Below are positions 39,601 to 48,265 of a DNA stretch of 64,000 bases, piece after piece. The DNA comes from an uncultured Candidatus Saccharibacteria bacterium (GTDB taxonomy: Bacteria > Patescibacteriota > Minisyncoccia > Phycocordibacterales > CSBR16-119), in assembly GCA_964589975.1 (NCBI GenBank), contig CAZPVH010000004.1, positions 10,469 to 74,468 on the forward strand, written 5' to 3'. The position numbers were made by a program, and so were the translations under genes. The notes under the pieces were generated by a model. The model worked only from the letters and a program-made list of their open reading frames with translations. It searched no databases and had not been told where the DNA came from. Positions within the stretch are counted from its first letter, which is position 1; each line of letters opens with the position of its first letter.

Positions 39601-39861
39601 TCGATCCAGAACGCAGCATGTACAGCCGGAGGTAATGGAGGTACGAATAACTACGGACAGGATCAGGCGGTAGACGGAGGCGACGGAGGAGCTTGTGGAG
39701 TTCTCCAGGTCAACCCACCTGTTGTCGGGGCTGGCCAGGGTGGAGTCCAGTCTGTCGGTGGTTATGGCACAGGAGGCAACGGAGCTAAACTGTTCGGTTC
39801 AGGAGCTAGTCCTGTAGCGGCCCAGAGTGGTCAGGCCGGACGAGTTCTCATCTCTTGGTAA
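36619..39861 (+). CDS. giant secreted Gly-rich repeat protein (1080 aa)
   Basis: Signal peptide; N-terminal half has at least 6 degenerate G(D/Q)xL-x(8–12)-W repeats of about 38 aa; C-terminal half has poly-Gly runs and GGxGG repeats. Confidence 0.65.
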   Translation: MSSFRTKVAAAVFTIVALTFGPYAALAQNSWTPPTQAPTGGNVPAPVNVGISDQTKLGPLSIKGAFKSLSTSTLSGDVVTQPDTSGFGFMANFLETFFYNNVYVGDATPFNGSGNEIPVDFNVYGKFKYQTADNAGNPEPVNPGDILVANDEGYTEWADPSTISGGGSDPRLPNGTSKGDTLYWDPTTSKWVVASNVQISPNVFESLRATGTNGGLHVLNDGSVVSDYRASFTGGLKVTLPSGAPTPGQVLETSDNQGNIAWGDGLPPGGNNGDVLVWNSTTNQWESTTFNVTGSLPPGNSTGQSLRWTGTAWQVTDAVKTPSDTTVQIGANASNTAVMIGNTVNTSFMQINSNSLNLNPDAISIPLNGTAAAGKVLASSNNTGALAWTDVSSLPGGLPAGTTGQTLWHNGTSWQPTSKLIWNGAGEVLKFEGSGLLLKGEGGALDPAEGRFLQSKNDQGEVVWNKYFVYKDIPYVDDGVDKHIDSIEILESNGDDTRTSGLANYGEYTYLANRLEVDGLTFLNNDTEVNGESILNGNTTISTSGDLWLEGIDALPPTQMDLNGNPVSMNYNLESLCINRQDFKVVLCDPGAGKPKPQVIGTFTETFGPGSGTGVSFPRPNQAPGPVEVKMCAAGGGGGGGGRGFEIDLNEYGHGGGGGGGGGKGQCSTTTINPGDGEEITWTSIGAGGSGGSPGNIDVVYGYGEPYQVNANTAATSGQPGGGTQVYFEGNLLASLMGGSGGYAGGNASTSGQGIGGSGGSSDLTVATVWWHKGANGQIDSEGGNGGHGGKGEDNASGQGGEGGGSGQFQSGQQFGGNGMQGAAGYGGGGGGGASGKWYDYAYTLSNQNDDDNAYVSHGGWGGNGGSGYVAITYNIYLPDPEPITEQLFTESGTFNINVIPTNVVDVTIEAWGGGGGGGLAQNAVGGLSGSHNRYGGGGGSGGYAKTIIPRANLTNTLNVIVGGGGAASANGGPSSVVGGGQIVTAYGGEGGKDSIQNAACTAGGNGGTNNYGQDQAVDGGDGGACGVLQVNPPVVGAGQGGVQSVGGYGTGGNGAKLFGSGASPVAAQSGQAGRVLISW
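38521..38612 (+). repeat. (GGT)n microsatellites inside the Gly-rich gene
   Basis: Two runs of 7–8 GGT units encoding Gly8–Gly9. Confidence 0.7.
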
Positions 39862-39883
39862 ACAAAAATTATTAATAACAGCA

Positions 39884-39909
39884 AAAAACCCGGATATCCG
39901 GGTTTTTTG
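39884..39909 (+). terminator. intrinsic terminator
   Basis: AAAAAACCCGGATATCCGGGTTTTTTGC, a perfect hairpin with a T6 run. Confidence 0.7.
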
Positions 39910-39914
39910 CTACA

Positions 39915-40697
39915 ATGATGTGTATGAAAAAGGACAAGATTTTGATAGTTGGCAATTGGAAGGCGAATCCTGATAGTTTGCGCCTCGCCAAATCTATACT
40001 GAGCGGTTTGCAGAAAGCTTCGGCCAAATCAAAAAACATTGATGTGGTGGTCTGTCCGCCGGTCATCTACCTTGAAAGTCTCCGAAATCAGGCGAGAGGC
40101 ATATCTCTAGGCGCGCAGGATCTCTTCACCGAGCCGAACGGCGCTTTTACCGGTGAAGTCGGTTATGTGTCACTCCTTGAGACAAAGATCAAATATGCCA
40201 TCATTGGTCACTCAGAGCGACGTGAGGCTGGAGAGACAGATGAAGAAATCGGCAAGAAGATAAAAACCGCTCTTTCTGTCGGAATCAGTCCGATTCTATG
40301 CATAGGCGAGAAGTTCCGCGACAAGGACATGTCGTACCTGGGCGTCCTAAAGCAGCAGCTCTTGGTCGCTTTCAAGGAGGTGCCAAAGGCGAAGGTGCGG
40401 AATGTAATTGTAGCCTATGAGCCCGTTTGGGCTATCGGTAAAGGCGCTGAACGTGCAGCTAGGCCGGACGAGATCAAAGAAGTAGTTATATTTATTCGCC
40501 GAGTAGTAGGAGATATGTATAAAACAAGCGCTGTGCCGCCAATCAAGATTATATATGGTGCATCTGTTGATGGAAATAATGCTAAATATATTGTTGAAGA
40601 GAGTGGTGTAGGGGGGCTTCTGGTTGGTCGCGCGAGTTTAGCCCCGAAAGTTTGGGGTGAGATAGTCAAAGCATTGAGCCAAATAAAATATGATTAA
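39915..40697 (+). CDS. tpiA: triosephosphate isomerase
   Basis: VGNWKAN, catalytic AYEPVWAIGKG; the likely true start is the third ATG at 39924 (TACAAT-N7-ATG). Confidence 0.9.
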   Translation: MMCMKKDKILIVGNWKANPDSLRLAKSILSGLQKASAKSKNIDVVVCPPVIYLESLRNQARGISLGAQDLFTEPNGAFTGEVGYVSLLETKIKYAIIGHSERREAGETDEEIGKKIKTALSVGISPILCIGEKFRDKDMSYLGVLKQQLLVAFKEVPKAKVRNVIVAYEPVWAIGKGAERAARPDEIKEVVIFIRRVVGDMYKTSAVPPIKIIYGASVDGNNAKYIVEESGVGGLLVGRASLAPKVWGEIVKALSQIKYD

Positions 40698-41838
40698 GAA
40701 CCTGCAAGAAGTTAGGAATCTGAAGGATCGGCGCGTCTTAGTGCGTGTTGACTGGAACGTGCCTGTCGGTGATGATGGGCGTGTTGATGAAAGCGAAGCT
40801 TTTCGTGTAACCAAAAGTCTGGAGACCATAAAATATCTTAGGGATTCTGGAGCTAAAACTATTGTCATGAGTCATATTGGGCGGGGCAAGAAGGACTCAC
40901 TTTATCCGGTTGCAGAATATACAAAGAATCTTTTGCCGATTCGCTTTATCGCAACGTGGGACCACGAAGCAATTTTGGGCGCGGTTTCAAACATGTCTGG
41001 CGGAGATGTAATTCTGCTTGAGAATTTACGGCAGAATACTGGAGAAGAAGAGAATAGTGAGAAATTCGCAAGCTTCCTCTCGACTCTCGGAGATATGTAT
41101 GTAAATGAGGCGTTTGCAGTGTCTCATCGCGCGCACGCATCTCTGTCAGCAATCACACAGTATTTGCCTTCCTACGCCGGTCTTTGGCTACAGAAAGAAA
41201 TATCAAATCTCCAGAAAGTTATGCAAGAGCCCGAGCGGCCGTTTCTCTTTATCCTTGGCGGAGCGAAGTTTGATACAAAAATATCTCTTATTAGAAAATT
41301 TGAAGGCGTTGCCGACGAGATATTCATTGGGGGTGCTTTGGCGAATAATTTTTTTAAGCGCCTTGGGATGGAGATAGGGAAGTCTTTGGTGGATGATTCC
41401 GAGGACACGACCGAATTTTTTCACAAAGATCATGTGAGTATTCCGTTTGACGTTATAGTGAAACCGGAAAATAAAAGCATCGAACTTCCATTAATTCAAA
41501 AAACGGACACCATAGTTGATATTGGGGCTGAAACCCTTGTAGAGCTTAAAAAGAAAATTTCGAATGCTAAGACTATCCTCTGGAATGGGCCGCTTGGTTT
41601 ATACGAAGAAGGTTTTGACGGCTCAAGTAAGTCTATATTAGAAGCAATCGGTGAGTCAGGAGCTTTTTCTGTAATTGGAGGAGGGGATACGGTGAAGCTT
41701 GTGATGGAGCTTGGATTAGAAGACAAACTGTCATTTGTTTCAACCGGTGGAGGGGCTATGCTCGAGTTTCTGGGTGCAGGAACACTGCCTGGAATTCAAG
41801 CCCTCGATCAAGATGGTCAGATTTCCACAGACGAATAA
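40690..41838 (+). CDS. pgk: phosphoglycerate kinase
   Basis: RVDWNVP N-terminal motif and the PGK hinge and C-terminal nucleotide-binding motifs; 8-nt overlap with tpiA. Confidence 0.9.
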   Translation: MIKNLQEVRNLKDRRVLVRVDWNVPVGDDGRVDESEAFRVTKSLETIKYLRDSGAKTIVMSHIGRGKKDSLYPVAEYTKNLLPIRFIATWDHEAILGAVSNMSGGDVILLENLRQNTGEEENSEKFASFLSTLGDMYVNEAFAVSHRAHASLSAITQYLPSYAGLWLQKEISNLQKVMQEPERPFLFILGGAKFDTKISLIRKFEGVADEIFIGGALANNFFKRLGMEIGKSLVDDSEDTTEFFHKDHVSIPFDVIVKPENKSIELPLIQKTDTIVDIGAETLVELKKKISNAKTILWNGPLGLYEEGFDGSSKSILEAIGESGAFSVIGGGDTVKLVMELGLEDKLSFVSTGGGAMLEFLGAGTLPGIQALDQDGQISTDE

Positions 41839-41892
41839 TTTAAGTAGGTTTATAATGTAAGAAGCTTATTTTTAACAACAAGTCTATTTATT

Positions 41893-42630
41893 ATGAAAAA
41901 GAAGAATCTATTAACAGAACGTCGGATGCTCATTGGTCTCATCGCCCTCTTGTTTGTGATGGGCTTCATCCATACCATGGGAATTCTAACACTTACGAAC
42001 AAACTTGGTAGCCGCGTAGACTTATCGACGCAGACAGCCCAGGTCGCCACACTTAGTATCTGTTTGCAAATAACACCGGCATACAATATTACTACTACTG
42101 GAGAAATTCTCGGTTGGGATGGTGGCCCTGGTGTAGCTCAGCATATGTATTGGAACATTAAAAACCTTTGTTCTACCAATATTAGAATAATTAATGTTGC
42201 TAATTTGAACATATCAGAGCCAAATTTGTTCACTGTTCAAGCAAGAAATCAAAATGGCTCAATAGTTCCAATTTTAGGCTCAGGTTTATCAACCTACGGA
42301 ATAGGTGCTTATTATGAGTTTGTTAACTGTGCAACATGTAGTAACACATGGGTTCCTTCAACAGTACCAAATTCTAATTATCAAATATCTACCTCTGTTA
42401 TTCCTCCACAAGCGACGCGTTTAATTGATTTGTCTGCGGTTTACTCTAGGGGCGGCTCAGGTTCAGATGCTCCGATAAGAATTGCTCCTAAAGCTATAAA
42501 GTGGGTCATGGAAAGTTCTGTAGCTGATAACAATATTTCTGCAACTGATATATTGACCACTCAAGTTGGTACAACGAATGCTAATTATTGGGCACCGGAT
42601 TTCATCGATGCTGATAATTATGTTAACTAG
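41893..42630 (+). CDS. secreted hypothetical protein
   Basis: 245 aa with a signal peptide/TM helix; Thr/Asn-rich. Confidence 0.55.
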   Translation: MKKKNLLTERRMLIGLIALLFVMGFIHTMGILTLTNKLGSRVDLSTQTAQVATLSICLQITPAYNITTTGEILGWDGGPGVAQHMYWNIKNLCSTNIRIINVANLNISEPNLFTVQARNQNGSIVPILGSGLSTYGIGAYYEFVNCATCSNTWVPSTVPNSNYQISTSVIPPQATRLIDLSAVYSRGGSGSDAPIRIAPKAIKWVMESSVADNNISATDILTTQVGTTNANYWAPDFIDADNYVN

Positions 42631-42649
42631 GTATTAAAACAAATGACAA

Positions 42650-42682
42650 GGCCCTCTCGTTCGAGAGGGCCTTTCATTTTTA
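42650..42682. terminator. bidirectional intrinsic terminator
   Basis: AAGGCCCTCTCG-TTCG-AGAGGGCCTT between convergent genes. Confidence 0.65.
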
Positions 42683-42697
42683 CGCCTTAGGGGCGCT

Positions 42698-43711
42698 TTA
42701 GCGTTTTGTGATCGTGCGGGCTGTTCCGTCCTGGAACCGGACAACATAGTTGCCAGGGATGAAAGACGTTCCGTCGATTGCTCCGCTGTTGTCAGTTTGT
42801 CCGGTCCAGACAACGCGTCCATTCATGTCGGTTACAACTGCCGATTTCGAGACGGTTGTGACCCGGCACTTGTCGAAGAATGGATTCGGGTATGACTGGA
42901 AGCTGTTGGTGACAACTTCTTCCGTGCTCGTGCTCATGTCGCCTGCCAGGAAGCAGTCGGACTCAGTGGTTACAATGACCGCGGAGAACGATGTGCCAAA
43001 GCCGATGTCAGCGAGACCGTTCTCACTATGGAGCAGTCGAAGCTCGATCTTGAGATCGGTGGGGAGGCCATCGTAGATGAAGCTGAAGCTGTAGTGGTCC
43101 GATGTGTTCCAGTACTGCTCTTGCTGTTGCGATTCCAGGACTTCGAGCGTTGCGCAGTTGATCAGTCGGGCTTCCACGAAGGAGCGTTTCTGTCCGCAGT
43201 CATTGTAGACCGTGGATGCGATATTCCAATCGAGAGCGTGAACCTGACAGCAAACCTGTCCAACGATGGCAGTCGGTGCTTCCTCGAAGTCGAAGATGAC
43301 CGGAGTATTGTAGACCTGAGCCCAGGTTTCTGAGCCGTTGGTATTAGTGCCAGCGCACCAGACGTATTGACCGTTTTCGATCGTGAAGAGATCGAGAACT
43401 ACCGAAGCGAACTCGTAGCTCGCATTTGGCACCATCGGTACGTATGTCACCGACATGGTGTCCAGTCCCGGGGAGTCGATGAAGTAGTTGGTCGTGGTCG
43501 GCTGACCATTGATGGTCGCTACGACAACTTTCGGGTTGTTATCCGACCATTCGGTGCTGAAGACGACGAGAACTTCACCGGCTTTGTAGCAGATAGGGCC
43601 GATGTTTTGGCCGGCTTGGCACTGCCAGTCGAGTATGTCGACCGAAGAGGCAAGGGAAGTTCCCACGCTAACACTGGCGCAAAACGCTAAAGTGACGAAG
43701 AGCTTGTTCAT
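42698..43711 (-). CDS. secreted protein with T9SS-type (Por_Secre_tail-like) C-terminal sorting domain
   Basis: Signal peptide; C-terminal 70 aa SYPNPFFDKCRVTT...VTDMNGRVVWTG...GNYVVRFQDGTARTITKR match the type A T9SS CTD consensus (YPNPF, DxxGRxV, GxYxV, K-rich end). Confidence 0.55.
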   Translation of the reverse strand: MNKLFVTLAFCASVSVGTSLASSVDILDWQCQAGQNIGPICYKAGEVLVVFSTEWSDNNPKVVVATINGQPTTTNYFIDSPGLDTMSVTYVPMVPNASYEFASVVLDLFTIENGQYVWCAGTNTNGSETWAQVYNTPVIFDFEEAPTAIVGQVCCQVHALDWNIASTVYNDCGQKRSFVEARLINCATLEVLESQQQEQYWNTSDHYSFSFIYDGLPTDLKIELRLLHSENGLADIGFGTSFSAVIVTTESDCFLAGDMSTSTEEVVTNSFQSYPNPFFDKCRVTTVSKSAVVTDMNGRVVWTGQTDNSGAIDGTSFIPGNYVVRFQDGTARTITKR

Positions 43712-43769
43712 GGGTTATGGTTGTTTTTCTGAATATTACCATGAAAGCCTATAAAAGTCAAATTGGGCT

Positions 43770-43930
43770 CCCCAGAATGTGTTATTTGGGATTCTGCGAG
43801 ACGCCCGCCAGCCTTCCTCCGAGCACTCGGAAGGCTCATGAAGCACTAGTAGGCGGGCGCCCTCACGGCCTGTGCGCAGGCCTGCGGGTTCGTTCTCGAA
43901 TCCCAAAAAACACATTCTGCTTCGCTGGAA
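43770..43930. repeat. MITE-like palindromic intergenic element (family 1, long copy)
   Basis: 20-bp TIR GAATGTGTTATTTGGGATTC / GAATCCCAAAAAACACATTC; internal CTGCGGGTTCGTTCTCGAATCCC; about 80% identity over both ends to the copy at about 22.1 kb. Confidence 0.5.
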
Positions 43931-43939
43931 GGGGGGAGA

Positions 43940-44344
43940 TTAGAGATTAGCCTTTATTTTTTCAGCAAATTCAGACATTTCACCGGTTGAGTCATATGAT
44001 ACTTCCGGGCGAGTTGATATGTGCACCTCGCTTTCGTTGTAGCGTGGGATGAGATGGATATGGAAATGTGGTACCTCATTACCAACAACGCCAATTTGGA
44101 CATAATCGCATGGTATTCCTGAACGCATCGCATTTATAATCTCCTTGGCTTTGATGAAAATTTCTCCTACGAGCTCGTCGGGGGCTTCATGAATCCATGT
44201 GTAATGTGCCTTTGGTATTAATAGGGTGTGACCTTTTGTAACTGGGTGAATGTCCAAAAATGCCAAGAATTTTTCATCCTCGTAAACCTTTGTCGCAGGG
44301 ATCTCCCCATCGATTATCTTCTCGAATATCGTTTTCATAGTCAC
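43940..44344 (-). CDS. HIT-family (histidine triad) nucleotide hydrolase
   Basis: HxHxHxx motif HFHIHLIP; 134 aa. Confidence 0.85.
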   Translation of the reverse strand: MTMKTIFEKIIDGEIPATKVYEDEKFLAFLDIHPVTKGHTLLIPKAHYTWIHEAPDELVGEIFIKAKEIINAMRSGIPCDYVQIGVVGNEVPHFHIHLIPRYNESEVHISTRPEVSYDSTGEMSEFAEKIKANL

Positions 44345-44370
44345 ATTTTATCACATGTTATACTTGGCAA

Positions 44371-46071
44371 ATGTCTTTAAAGGAAATCCCCACCGAAATT
44401 GAAAATGAGCTCGTAAAATACCCGCCTCTCACGAGGCGTCTATTGTGGAATAGGGGAATAACTTCTGCGGATGAAGCGGAAGAGTTTATGAATCCTTCTT
44501 ACGAGCAGCATATTCATGATCCTTTTCTCATGAAGAGTCTCGAAAGGGGTGTTGATCAGATTTACACGGCTATAAAAGCTGACCAGAAGATTTGTATCTT
44601 TGCGGACTATGACTGCGACGGAATTCCTGGAGCTGTGATGTGGGATGATTTCTTTAAGAAAATCAATTTTACAAATTACCAGATATATATTCCTGATAGA
44701 CATAAAGAAGGGTACGGACTCGGCATGGAATCTATCAAAGAGATTTATGAAGCTGGCGCGAAGCTTCTCATCACACTTGATCTCGGGATTACCGCCGTAG
44801 AAGAAGTCGAATATGCGAAAACTTTGGGACTCCCTATAATTATTACTGATCACCACCTTCCTCAGGAAAAATTACCAGATACCTTGATTATTAATCCCAA
44901 ACAAAAGGGTGATACTTATCCGGATAACATGCTATGTGGTTCGGGCGTAGCTTTTAAAGTAATCCAAGGCTTTATCAAGAAGTATGGAGATGAATTTCAG
45001 ATTCCGGCAGGGTTCGATAAGTGGTTGCTCGACATGGCAGGACTTGCAACGCTCGCAGATATGGTGCCACTACGACATGAAAATAGGGCTATCGCCCACT
45101 TCGGACTTAAGGTTCTCAGAAAAACTCGCCGCCCGGGACTACTTCGGCTCCTCCGGAAAGTAAATGTCGACCCGCAGAATTTGCAGGAAGACGATGTTAC
45201 TTTTTCTATATGCCCGAAACTTAACGCCGCGAGTCGAATGGACTCGCCCATGCGCGCATTTGAACTCCTGGCCGCTCCCGAAGAATCTTCGGCGGCGCTT
45301 CACGCAGATCACCTCATAAAGATAAATGACGAGCGAAAACTTCTTGTCGCGCACATCATGAAGTCAGTTAAGAAAACTTTTAGTCATGAATCGAGAAGCC
45401 AGAAAGCAGTAATTGTTATCGGTGATCCGACATGGCGCGTTGGGGTCCTTGGGCTCGTGGCGGGTAAGATTGTCGACGAATACAAGCGCCCAGCATTCGT
45501 TTGGGGGCTCGAAGGCGGAACGGTGATCAAGGGATCATGTCGTTCGGACGGGACTATGAACTTGGTGGAGATGATGGCGCATTTGCCCGACGGCAGCCTT
45601 CTTGATTTCGGCGGACATGCAGGCGCCGGGGGGTTCTCGGTCACACACGAAGGGATTCATTTTTTGGAAGAGCGCCTCATTGAAGCGCATGGAAAGACGA
45701 AGAAAATTATTATTGATTCTGAAGAAAAAAACTTTGACGACAAACTATCGCTAGACGATGTGAATGCGCGAACCTTTATGGAAATTGATAAGCTCGCGCC
45801 ATTCGGGGTAGGGAATCCGAAGCCGGTATTTATGTTCGAAAACATTTTGATCGACGAAGTAAAGATCTTTGGCAAAGCCAAGGATCATTTAGAGCTCGCC
45901 TTCAAAGACTCACGTGGCGGACGAGTAAAAGCGATCGCCTTTTTTAAGAAACCTGAGGATTACGGAGACAAAATCTCGGTAGGAAAGAAAATAAATCTCC
46001 TCGCCAACATTGAAAAATCTATCTTTGGCTGGAAACAGGAAATCCGTCTTCGGATATCAGACATATCCTAA
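44371..46071 (+). CDS. recJ: single-stranded-DNA-specific exonuclease RecJ
   Basis: DHH motifs (DYDCDGI, ITDHH), DHHA1 domain with GGHAGAGG, C-terminal OB-fold region. Confidence 0.85.
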   Translation: MSLKEIPTEIENELVKYPPLTRRLLWNRGITSADEAEEFMNPSYEQHIHDPFLMKSLERGVDQIYTAIKADQKICIFADYDCDGIPGAVMWDDFFKKINFTNYQIYIPDRHKEGYGLGMESIKEIYEAGAKLLITLDLGITAVEEVEYAKTLGLPIIITDHHLPQEKLPDTLIINPKQKGDTYPDNMLCGSGVAFKVIQGFIKKYGDEFQIPAGFDKWLLDMAGLATLADMVPLRHENRAIAHFGLKVLRKTRRPGLLRLLRKVNVDPQNLQEDDVTFSICPKLNAASRMDSPMRAFELLAAPEESSAALHADHLIKINDERKLLVAHIMKSVKKTFSHESRSQKAVIVIGDPTWRVGVLGLVAGKIVDEYKRPAFVWGLEGGTVIKGSCRSDGTMNLVEMMAHLPDGSLLDFGGHAGAGGFSVTHEGIHFLEERLIEAHGKTKKIIIDSEEKNFDDKLSLDDVNARTFMEIDKLAPFGVGNPKPVFMFENILIDEVKIFGKAKDHLELAFKDSRGGRVKAIAFFKKPEDYGDKISVGKKINLLANIEKSIFGWKQEIRLRISDIS

Positions 46072-46106
46072 AGATTTGGTGATAGAATAAGAAAAAACAA
46101 ACGCAA

Positions 46107-46478
46107 ATGAGGATTATTTTGCTCGCTCTTTCGCTTAGTATCGCGATGAGCGTATCTGCCCAGCTTACTTTCGGGTATCCGGAAGATCGAGACACGATTC
46201 TGCCTTCGTTCGGAACTTTGGCAGAAAACTCGGTTTACGAATATTTGAAGACTTCGCCCGCCTTACCGGAAGGGTGGACAATCCTTTCTGTTTCACCGGT
46301 CACGATAAAGATGTGGTCTGTTCATGCCGGTTGGGACATCATCTCGCTCGATCCGGCCGAGGGAGGGGCCAGAGGATTTCTTTATGATTTTAGCTGGAAC
46401 GCCACAGAACTCCCGGATTCGACAATCGAATCTCGTCTCGTGGAAATCCTTGTTCACAAAGAGAAAAGCCCCCGCTAG
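46107..46478 (+). CDS. small secreted hypothetical protein
   Basis: 123 aa with a signal peptide. Confidence 0.5.
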   Translation: MRIILLALSLSIAMSVSAQLTFGYPEDRDTILPSFGTLAENSVYEYLKTSPALPEGWTILSVSPVTIKMWSVHAGWDIISLDPAEGGARGFLYDFSWNATELPDSTIESRLVEILVHKEKSPR

Positions 46479-46492
46479 GGGGCCTTTCATTA
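46466..46492. terminator. bidirectional intrinsic terminator
   Basis: GCCCCCGCTAGGGGGC hairpin; overlaps the rplT 3' end on the opposite strand. Confidence 0.6.
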
Positions 46493-46837
46493 TTTAGTGA
46501 CTGAGTCGAAGATTCTCTTGAAAGCTTCAGGATGATTCTTGGCGATGTCTGCTAAAACCTTTCGATCGAGTCCAACTTTTTTCTTGTTGAGGGCCTCGAT
46601 GAAGCGAGAGTATGTCATGCCGAGAGGTCGGACAGCGGCGTTAATCTTTGCTTGCCAGAGAGCGCGAGCGTCAGCCTTCTTGTCCTTTCGGTGGGCGAAA
46701 GCGTGGGCTCCGGCATGTTTGATGGCAACCTTTGCCTCGCGCTCCTTTGTTGATCGTCCAAAACGATAGCCTTTGACTTTCGCCAAGACATTCTTGCGCC
46801 TCTTCAGGGAAATTGTTCCTCGTTTTACTCTTGCCAT
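46490..46837 (-). CDS. rplT: 50S ribosomal protein L20
   Basis: MARVKRG...KRRKNVLAKVKGYRF, full L20 signature. Confidence 0.92.
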   Translation of the reverse strand: MARVKRGTISLKRRKNVLAKVKGYRFGRSTKEREAKVAIKHAGAHAFAHRKDKKADARALWQAKINAAVRPLGMTYSRFIEALNKKKVGLDRKVLADIAKNHPEAFKRIFDSVTK

Positions 46838-46840
46838 ATA

Positions 46841-47074
46841 TTATTTGCTAGCTTCTGTACTGGTAACCTTTGGCTTTCTGATGCGGATGTTCGTGTGAGG
46901 GAAGTATCGGGCGCGATCCTTGTTTGAAAGGCGGAAGTCGATACCTACTTTGCCCTGGAGCTGCTTGCGGCGCTTCTGCTTTGCATTGAAATGGTTAAAG
47001 CCCGGCTTTCGCGCTTTGAGCTTGCCGTTCTTTGTCACCTTTATTCTTTTTGTTAGTGATTTCTTCGTTTTCAT
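46841..47074 (-). CDS. rpmI: 50S ribosomal protein L35
   Basis: 77 aa, basic; conserved infC-rpmI-rplT order. Confidence 0.88.
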   Translation of the reverse strand: MKTKKSLTKRIKVTKNGKLKARKPGFNHFNAKQKRRKQLQGKVGIDFRLSNKDRARYFPHTNIRIRKPKVTSTEASK

Positions 47075-47080
47075 AAAATA

Positions 47081-47599
47081 TTATTGATTCTTCTTTGTGA
47101 GGTCTCTTTCGAGCGTCGCCGCAACTCCTCGTGGGCTCGGCTTTACCGCTTCGGCGATTTTGAAATTCGTGGTGATGAGCTCAAGGATTCTTTCTAGGCG
47201 CTCCTTCTTGAAATTCATTTCGCTGTACTTTGCGCGTCCTACGAGATAGAGCTCAACTTTGACCCGGTGACCTTCCTCGAGCCACTCGGATGCTTTTCTC
47301 GCCTTGAGAGCCAGGTCGGCCGGTCCGGTCGCGATCTTTATTTGGATCGATTTCGTCTCGGTCTTGTGGGCTTTCGCCTTCACTTCCTTGGCCTTCTTTT
47401 TTTGCTCGTACTCGAATTTACCATAATCCATTATTTTTGCAATGGGCGGCACGGCATTTGGAGAAATCTCGATAAGATCGAGTCCTCGTTCCTCGGCGAG
47501 AGCAATAGCGTCGCGGGTTTTAATGACCGTAGACGATTCGCCATCGACAAGCCTGACTTCGAGTGAGCGTATTTCGTTATTTATTCTGTTTCGTATCAA
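47081..47599 (-). CDS. infC: translation initiation factor IF-3
   Basis: INxEIR N-terminus, EVRLIDxxG and the IF3 C-terminal domain. Confidence 0.9.
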   Translation of the reverse strand: MIRNRINNEIRSLEVRLVDGESSTVIKTRDAIALAEERGLDLIEISPNAVPPIAKIMDYGKFEYEQKKKAKEVKAKAHKTETKSIQIKIATGPADLALKARKASEWLEEGHRVKVELYLVGRAKYSEMNFKKERLERILELITTNFKIAEAVKPSPRGVAATLERDLTKKNQ

Positions 47600-47730
47600 A
47601 TTGATGTAGCAATAAGCAAAAGATTATTGGTGAGGCGATTGTAGCTTGAAAAATAAGGGAAGTCAATGAGAATCAGCGATATTATTGACAAATTAAAAAT
47701 TAAAGGTAATGTTCGAACAAAACAGATCCA

Positions 47731-48246
47731 ATGAAAAAGACGATTTTCGGAATCATCGCCATACTGGCGATCGGTTGCACTACCGCCCCAACGGACGTAT
47801 TGCAGAGCAATGCTTTGCCAAAGACACCTGATGCTGATCAGGCTTCTCGTGTGATGGGCCCGCATGGTTGCGGTCCGCTCGGTAACGCCAAGGTGGAGCA
47901 GTATTCGGACGATGCCCGCATCATTGAGACCATTGGCTGTATGGCTCGCGCAGTGCCACTGAATGATAAATGGCATGACACAATCTATGTGAACGTTTGC
48001 GATATGTATTGGCCAGAAGATGAGGCGCTGCCTGATCTGAGTCCCGGCGCAACGATTCACATATGCGCCATGCGTTATGTGAAGGAAGACGAGAGAGGAC
48101 ATGAATTAGAAAGCAAGACGCCTTGGGAATACGTACTTTGGTACAGTATCCCGGGCCCGCTTGCTGCCACTGACAAGAAATTCGATATCAAGCTGGAGTC
48201 GGCCAAAAGCTTGGTGGCCCCGATCGATTCGATCACTTTCCGATGA
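47731..48246 (+). CDS. hypothetical lipoprotein
   Basis: Signal peptide with lipobox LAIGC; Cys-rich mature protein. Confidence 0.6.
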   Translation: MKKTIFGIIAILAIGCTTAPTDVLQSNALPKTPDADQASRVMGPHGCGPLGNAKVEQYSDDARIIETIGCMARAVPLNDKWHDTIYVNVCDMYWPEDEALPDLSPGATIHICAMRYVKEDERGHELESKTPWEYVLWYSIPGPLAATDKKFDIKLESAKSLVAPIDSITFR

Positions 48247-48265
48247 CCACCCGTTCCTTTCTTGA

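Noticed and set aside
43886-43905. tRNA T-arm-like motif GGGTTCGTTCTCGAATCCC (also GGGATTCGAA at 10911) that might indicate a tRNA gene or tRNA-derived SINE.
   Set aside because: No acceptor, D or anticodon arms can be drawn around it. It is part of the conserved core of the palindromic repeat family instead.
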